Shown: in pieces, positions 58,927-64,000 of the stretch
Position numbering within the stretch: position 1 is the stretch's first letter
How the letters are laid out: every line of letters starts with the position of its first letter
NCBI RefSeq assembly: GCF_028368995.1
Contig: NZ_JAQNDL010000003.1
Span: 1,088,001 to 1,152,000 of the forward strand
Reading direction: 5' to 3'
Origin: Nannocystis bainbridge
Lineage (GTDB): Bacteria; Myxococcota_A; Polyangia; Nannocystales; Nannocystaceae
DNA: 64,000 nucleotides
Translations under genes and position numbers: made by a program
Notes under the pieces: model-generated
Seen by the model: the letters and a program-made list of their open reading frames with translations, nothing else
What the model was told of the DNA's origin: nothing
The model's database searches: none

Positions 58927-60540
58927 ATGACCACGCCGAATCCGCAACGCCGCCCCCCTCGCTCCCTCCCGGACCGGATGCGCGCCGGACCGGTGGTGCT
59001 CTACTTCCGCGGCGCATCGATCGCGCGCGAGGCAGAGGCGCGCGGATTCGTGACCGCGCTCGGTGGTGATGGCGCCCGTGCGGCGCGCTTCGTCGACGAC
59101 GGCGAGCACGACAACAGCGGGCGGGACGCGATCGTCGCGGCCATGCGGGCGGGCGCGGTGGGTGTGATCGTGTCGCCGAGCTATCAGGATCTCGTGTACG
59201 GGTTCTTCGTCGACGAGACGATCCGCCCGTTGGTCGAAGAGCACGACGTGGCCATCGCGGACCTCTTCGACCCGGAGCTGCTGAGCCCCGACTTCGATCG
59301 GGTGCACGACCTGTGGGACGGTGACGAGGACGCCTGGGAGCCGCTGCTCGAGGGGCTCGCCAAGCGCGTGCTCGGCGATGCGGCGCCCGCGTCGTTCTGC
59401 GAGGAGCTCGTGGCATTGAGCGACGACCTCGCGGCGTGGTCGCAGCGTGCAGGTGATGTCGCTGGCAGGATGCGCTCCGAGTACGTCTACTCGGGCCTGC
59501 GCTCCGGCGAGCACCTCACGACCTGGGTCCGCAACGGCGTCCTCGACTCGTTGCCCGCCGACGACCCGACGGTGCTCGCGGTACGCCTCGACGCGCTCGA
59601 GCGACGGCCGGACCGGGAGGTCGTCGAGCACGGGCGTGCCTTGCTGATCGACCTGCGCGCGCACGACGATCTGGCGCTGCTGCACCGCGCGCTGCTCGTG
59701 CACGCGGCGCGCTGCCTCGAGGAGGGCCTGTGGGCCGAGGCGGAGGCGACGGCCGAGGAGGCGCGACCGTTCGAGCGCGACCCCGAGCTCCCGCGTCGCG
59801 CCGAGCGCTTGAGCCTGGCGGCGCGCTTTGGCCGTGGTGAGATCACGTCGGCGCTGGCCGGCCTCGACGCCCTGTTCCTCGCGGAGCGCGAGGCCGAGAG
59901 CACGGCGGGCGCGGTGCTCCACGCGAAGCGCTCCTTCATGGATCTCGACGAGCACGAGGCGGTGCTTCGCGAGCTCGCGCTCTCGATCCAGGTCGCCCGC
60001 GAGCCGAGCAAGCTCGTCGAGCCGCTCACGAGGCTCTGTGGGCTCATCCAGGACAAAGCGGACGCCGATCGGCTGCGCAATTGGCTGGCCGCGCAGAAGC
60101 CGGCCGCAGTGAAGCCACCCGTCGACTTCTGGGGGGAGTACGGCCGCATTACGCGCGAGAAGGCAGCGGCGCAGGCTCCCGCGGCGAAGAAGGCCGCGCC
60201 CAAGAAGGCCACCTCGAAGAAGGCCGTGTCCAAGAAGGCCGCGGCGAAGAAGGCCGCGACGACGAAGGCCGCGCCCAAGAAGGCCACCTCGAAGAAAGCC
60301 GTGTCCAAGAAGGCCGCGGCGAAGAAGGCCGCGACGACGAAGGCCGCCTCCAAGGAGGCCACCTCCAAGAAGGCCGCGACGAAGAAGGCCGCCTCCAAGA
60401 CGGCGGCGTCGAAGCAGGCCGCGCCCAAGAAGGCCGCCTTCAAGAAGGCCGCCTCGAAGAAGGCAACCTCCAAGAAGGCAACCTCGAAGAAGGCCGCCTC
60501 GAAGAAGGCCGCATCCAAGAAGACGCCCGCGAAGACGTAG
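58927..60540 (+). CDS. Hypothetical protein with histone H1-like KKAxx C-terminal tail
   Basis: Acidic globular N-terminal region followed by about 120 aa of pentapeptide KKA(A/T/V)(S/P/A/T) repeats. Confidence 0.8.
   Translation: MTTPNPQRRPPRSLPDRMRAGPVVLYFRGASIAREAEARGFVTALGGDGARAARFVDDGEHDNSGRDAIVAAMRAGAVGVIVSPSYQDLVYGFFVDETIRPLVEEHDVAIADLFDPELLSPDFDRVHDLWDGDEDAWEPLLEGLAKRVLGDAAPASFCEELVALSDDLAAWSQRAGDVAGRMRSEYVYSGLRSGEHLTTWVRNGVLDSLPADDPTVLAVRLDALERRPDREVVEHGRALLIDLRAHDDLALLHRALLVHAARCLEEGLWAEAEATAEEARPFERDPELPRRAERLSLAARFGRGEITSALAGLDALFLAEREAESTAGAVLHAKRSFMDLDEHEAVLRELALSIQVAREPSKLVEPLTRLCGLIQDKADADRLRNWLAAQKPAAVKPPVDFWGEYGRITREKAAAQAPAAKKAAPKKATSKKAVSKKAAAKKAATTKAAPKKATSKKAVSKKAAAKKAATTKAASKEATSKKAATKKAASKTAASKQAAPKKAAFKKAASKKATSKKATSKKAASKKAASKKTPAKT
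60181..60537. repeat. 15-bp coding tandem repeat with a 75-bp internal duplication
   Basis: aagaaggcc units recur every 15 bp, and KAAPKKATSKKAVSKKAAAKKAATT occurs twice. Confidence 0.9.
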
Positions 60541-60647
60541 GCGAGCGCCGAGCCGATGGCGAGCGCCGTGCTGCGCCGGGCCGTGCGCGCCGAGCATCGC
60601 GCGCGCATCTTTCCATCGCGCAACCGCCTCGCGCGAGGCCTCATCGT

Positions 60648-62507
60648 TCACGGAACTGAGCGCGTCACGGCGATCTCGATGCGAGGCCGGGCGCGGTTGA
60701 GCTCGACGATGGCGGTCAGCTTGCGGCCGGTCGCCCAGGCCGCGAAGTTGGCGGCGCCGGCCGGGCCGTATTCGGCGAGCAGACCGGCGAGGTCGTCGGA
60801 GCCGACGAAGAAGGACGGCGCGATGTTGAACTCGCGCGGCGCCGCGGTCAGCAGCCAGCGCGCACCATCGAGGTGGTCGGCGCCGATGAGCCAGCCGGTC
60901 TGCTCGTCGGGCTCGCTGGCGAGGAAGGCGGTCATGCCGTCCTGGCCGGCCGCGGCGGCCAGTCGATGTTGGAGGCCGCCCTCCGGGAGGTCCTCGAACT
61001 TGGCGCCCGCCACGCTGGCGAACGAGCGCACCAGGCCGAGCTCCTGCCGATTCAGGCGGGCGTAGATCACCTTCGCTCGCTTGATGTCGCCCCCGCCGGC
61101 GCGGATCGACCCGCCGGCGCCCTGGACCGCGCCGACCAGCTCGAACAGCGTGCGGGCGACACCGGCGTCGCGCCCGTGGCCGCGGCTCCACCGCTGCCAC
61201 GCGCCGAGCTGGTTCGGCCACGTCTCGACGGCGATGACCGTGAGCCCGAATTGACCGCCGGCCGCGATCGTCGGCCCGAGCGTGTCATGGCTGGCGTAGT
61301 CGCCGAGCCCGAGCCCCTCGAAGCCCGCCAGCGCCGGCAGCGGCGGCAGCTGCCAGCACAGCAGCGCACCGTCGCACAGCGCCGCGCGGCTCGGCCCCGG
61401 CAGGCCGCCACCGGCCGGCGCGAACAGCTGCTCCATTTGCTGCGCCGCCGTGAGATCGGCTGGCTCCCAGGACAGGTCGACTCGCACGTCCGAAGGGTCG
61501 AGCGCGGCGCTGACGCTGAGGCCAGTGAACAGCCGCCGCGTGTCGCGGAGCCGGAGCACCGCAGCCTGATGCGCCAGCGCGTCGTCGATGACCGCGCGTC
61601 GCTGGCCGCTCGGGGTGATGGCCAGAGTCTCGACGAGTTCGCCGAGCTCGAAGATGTCGCTGAGCGCCGGGATGGTCGCGCCGTGGATGTAGAGGCCGAC
61701 ATCGCCGGCGAGGACGGCGAGCGCCGCGTGCCTCGCCGGCCGGACTTCCAGGGCAGCGAGCGCCGCCTCGGCGCGGCTGTCCTCGTCACCGACGTCGGGG
61801 TGGGGATACGGTTGCAGGAAGGCGTCGACGACCACGGCGCCGTCGTCGCGCCGCAGCAGCACCGTCGCGCGCTCGGACGCCAGGCAGGCGTCGTGCGGCA
61901 GCCGCGGGCACAGCCCACCGGCGCGCTGCTGCTCGCGTGCGATCTTCAGCAGGACCTCCGGATCGCGCACGGGGATGTGGAGCCGATTGTGATACGTCAG
62001 CGACGCGGCAGCGCGCAGCAGCTCGGGCGACAGCGGCGGAGTCGCGGCCGGATCGCCCCCCTGCACCGCCGCGATCTGCTGCACCTGCTCGCGCACCGCG
62101 GCCATCTGCGGCGCGACCGGCCGCATCAGCGTGGCAGTCATCGCGGCCTCGGGATCGAGGCCGAGGTCTTCGATCGAGCCCAACGAGAGGCCCAGCTCTT
62201 CTTGCAGGATCGCCACCACCGCCGCGCGCTCGGCCGCGATCGGCAGCGCGCGCACGAACTCCTGCAGCCGCCGCGGGCGCACCGTGACGTAGAGGTGGCC
62301 GCCCTCGAGGTGACCGGGTGCGGTGACAAAATCGGGCTCCGGCAGCGGCACGATCGGCGGCGGGACTGCAGGAACAGGAGCGGGCGCGGCCACCGGCGCG
62401 GACGGAGTCTGACGGTTCGCCTCCTGAGCCGCGGGCTCCGTCTGTGCGTCCGGCGTGCAGGCGAACAGGAGGGCGAGCGCGACGCTGCGAGCGAGGCCGG
62501 CGGACAT
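60648..62507 (-). CDS. Hypothetical lipoprotein
   Basis: LLFAC lipobox, Pro-rich linker and long coding-like ORF. Confidence 0.75.
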   Translation of the reverse strand: MSAGLARSVALALLFACTPDAQTEPAAQEANRQTPSAPVAAPAPVPAVPPPIVPLPEPDFVTAPGHLEGGHLYVTVRPRRLQEFVRALPIAAERAAVVAILQEELGLSLGSIEDLGLDPEAAMTATLMRPVAPQMAAVREQVQQIAAVQGGDPAATPPLSPELLRAAASLTYHNRLHIPVRDPEVLLKIAREQQRAGGLCPRLPHDACLASERATVLLRRDDGAVVVDAFLQPYPHPDVGDEDSRAEAALAALEVRPARHAALAVLAGDVGLYIHGATIPALSDIFELGELVETLAITPSGQRRAVIDDALAHQAAVLRLRDTRRLFTGLSVSAALDPSDVRVDLSWEPADLTAAQQMEQLFAPAGGGLPGPSRAALCDGALLCWQLPPLPALAGFEGLGLGDYASHDTLGPTIAAGGQFGLTVIAVETWPNQLGAWQRWSRGHGRDAGVARTLFELVGAVQGAGGSIRAGGGDIKRAKVIYARLNRQELGLVRSFASVAGAKFEDLPEGGLQHRLAAAAGQDGMTAFLASEPDEQTGWLIGADHLDGARWLLTAAPREFNIAPSFFVGSDDLAGLLAEYGPAGAANFAAWATGRKLTAIVELNRARPRIEIAVTRSVP

Positions 62508-62599
62508 CGGCGCATTATGCCAGCCCGCCGGGCGCCGATCACAGCGCCGCGCCCGGCCCTTGCTCGACACGCGTACGGGACTTCGGTATCGATCGCCGC

Positions 62600-63040
62600 A
62601 TGCTCGGCAGCGCGGCACGGCACGCAGCGATCCTCGGCCTCGGCGCGCTCGCTGCGTGCGCCTCTCCCCGCCCGATGGCGACGGAGCCCGCCCGCGAACC
62701 CAGCGAGCCCACGAGCGCCGAGCCCGACGCATGCGCCGGCATCGAAGCGCCCGAGCGCCTCGCTATCGACGTGGGGGCGGGGCGCACCTCCGCGACCGGT
62801 CTTTCGATCCGCTACGAGGGCGCCACGCACGACTCGTTCGAGGGCGGCGCGGCCGATCTCTTGCTCTCGCTGGTCCTCTCGGTCGAGGGCGAGCCGGTCC
62901 AGACCTGGCTCCCGTCAGCGCTCGCGAAGCCGCGCTACGTGGTGTTCCTGGGGCACTGCGTAAGGGTCGCGGCCGGAGCGGCTGCGCGCGTGGAAGTCGA
63001 AGTCGCCCCGCTCTCCCCCGGACCGCACCTTCGACGCTGA
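62600..63040 (+). CDS. Small hypothetical lipoprotein
   Basis: ALAAC lipobox. Confidence 0.7.
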   Translation: MLGSAARHAAILGLGALAACASPRPMATEPAREPSEPTSAEPDACAGIEAPERLAIDVGAGRTSATGLSIRYEGATHDSFEGGAADLLLSLVLSVEGEPVQTWLPSALAKPRYVVFLGHCVRVAAGAAARVEVEVAPLSPGPHLRR

Positions 63041-63064
63041 CCCACTCTTTGCCAGGCCCGCCCC

Positions 63065-64000
63065 ATGAGCCAAAATTTCCACAACCTCCACGTCCATGCG
63101 CCGACGCAGCGGCAGCGCGAGCGGGTCGTCCGGGCCGTGCTCGCGTACGCGAAACAGGCGGGGTACGAACGGATCGCGCGGACCCGCGGTGCCGATCGGG
63201 TGATCCGCCTCGGCGGCAAGTCGCCCTGGCTCTCGCTCGAGGACGACGGCTACGAGGCCGCGGCGCTCGCCCAGGTGGTGTCGAAGGCGACGAAGCTGCC
63301 CGTCCTCGAGGCGTACTGTGAAGCGAGCGCGATCGTCCGGCTCGGCCTCCATGCGGATGGCAAGCCCGTGGGCGCGTGGGCCCGCGAGGGCGAGCGCAGG
63401 CCGGCGAAGAAGCACGTCGAGCCGCTGCTCGTGAAGGGCACGCCGACCGAGCTGGCGAAAGCGTTCGCCGACGGGCTCATCCAGATCTTCCCCGAGACGG
63501 CGCTCGCCGTCGCCGCGGAGCGGTTCGGCCTGTCCGTCGCGCAAATGTTCGGAGAGCGAGCGCTGCGCGGCACCACGATCGCGCTGCGGCGAAAGCAGGC
63601 CGCATGGCAGCCGCGTGACAAGACCGGCGACCCCGCGTTGCTCGTCGACTGGGGCAGCAACCGCGGCTGGGGCGTGCAGCACCTCGTCTTCGAGGGCGCG
63701 GTCTGCAAGCAATACCTGGAGGTCCGCTCCGACGGAGGCCCCGGGCGCGGCCTGACGATCCAGCTCTCGGGCAGCGCGATCGCGGAGGGCTTCATCGAGC
63801 TGCTCTCGTGCAAGAGCGACAGGCTCGAGCTCGTGCCCGCGGGGCCGCACGCCTGGAGCGACCCGAAGCTTGTGATCCCGCCGGGGCTCGTCGAGGAGCC
63901 CGACACGTTCTCGATGAGCCGGAGAGAAGCCGAGCGGGCCCGCGCCCTCGCCGGCAAGCGCAGTTGGCCCCTCCATATCGAGTACCGCACCCTGAAAGAA
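63065..64000 (+). CDS. Hypothetical protein, truncated by the window end
   Basis: ATG at 63065 (MSQNFHNLHVHAPTQ...) opens a GC3-rich frame running to the edge. It is absent from the ORF track because no stop is reached. Confidence 0.75.
   Translation, partial: MSQNFHNLHVHAPTQRQRERVVRAVLAYAKQAGYERIARTRGADRVIRLGGKSPWLSLEDDGYEAAALAQVVSKATKLPVLEAYCEASAIVRLGLHADGKPVGAWAREGERRPAKKHVEPLLVKGTPTELAKAFADGLIQIFPETALAVAAERFGLSVAQMFGERALRGTTIALRRKQAAWQPRDKTGDPALLVDWGSNRGWGVQHLVFEGAVCKQYLEVRSDGGPGRGLTIQLSGSAIAEGFIELLSCKSDRLELVPAGPHAWSDPKLVIPPGLVEEPDTFSMSRREAERARALAGKRSWPLHIEYRTLKE

Noticed and set aside
1-64000. tRNA, rRNA, transposase, integrase and prophage genes
   Set aside because: None recognised by eye. 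TssE is gp25-like but its context is T6SS, not phage.

Overview
Very GC-rich bacterial DNA. Its content (Thr/Ser-linker lipoproteins, Myxococcus Cys-rich repeats, MYXO-CTERM and ADYC proteins, a Ser/Thr kinase-TPR fusion) points to a myxobacterium, probably Nannocystis-like (inference). The left end carries an FHA-CpaF/TadA-like protein with a degenerate ATPase site. Nearby is a stand-alone type VI secretion baseplate mini-operon (tssE-tssF-tssG-tagH plus a coupled lipoprotein), with no sheath, tube, spike, membrane-complex or ClpV genes in the window. The rest is an accessory patchwork: a three-gene phosphorelay, amidohydrolase, NAT, P450, LysR/TetR-regulated oxidoreductases, an AslA-like sulfatase with FGE, two orphan SMI1/KNR4-like proteins, many lipoproteins and several decayed genes, including an NRPS/PKS relic. 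The most striking unexplained signal is a dispersed intergenic palindrome, consensus CATGTCC-N4-GGACATG. It has an exact 14-bp CATG periodicity, forms arrays of 2-4 units, and occurs at about 13 gene or module boundaries. No rRNA, tRNA, CRISPR array or transposase was recognised. All product calls come from motif recognition by eye, not database searches.
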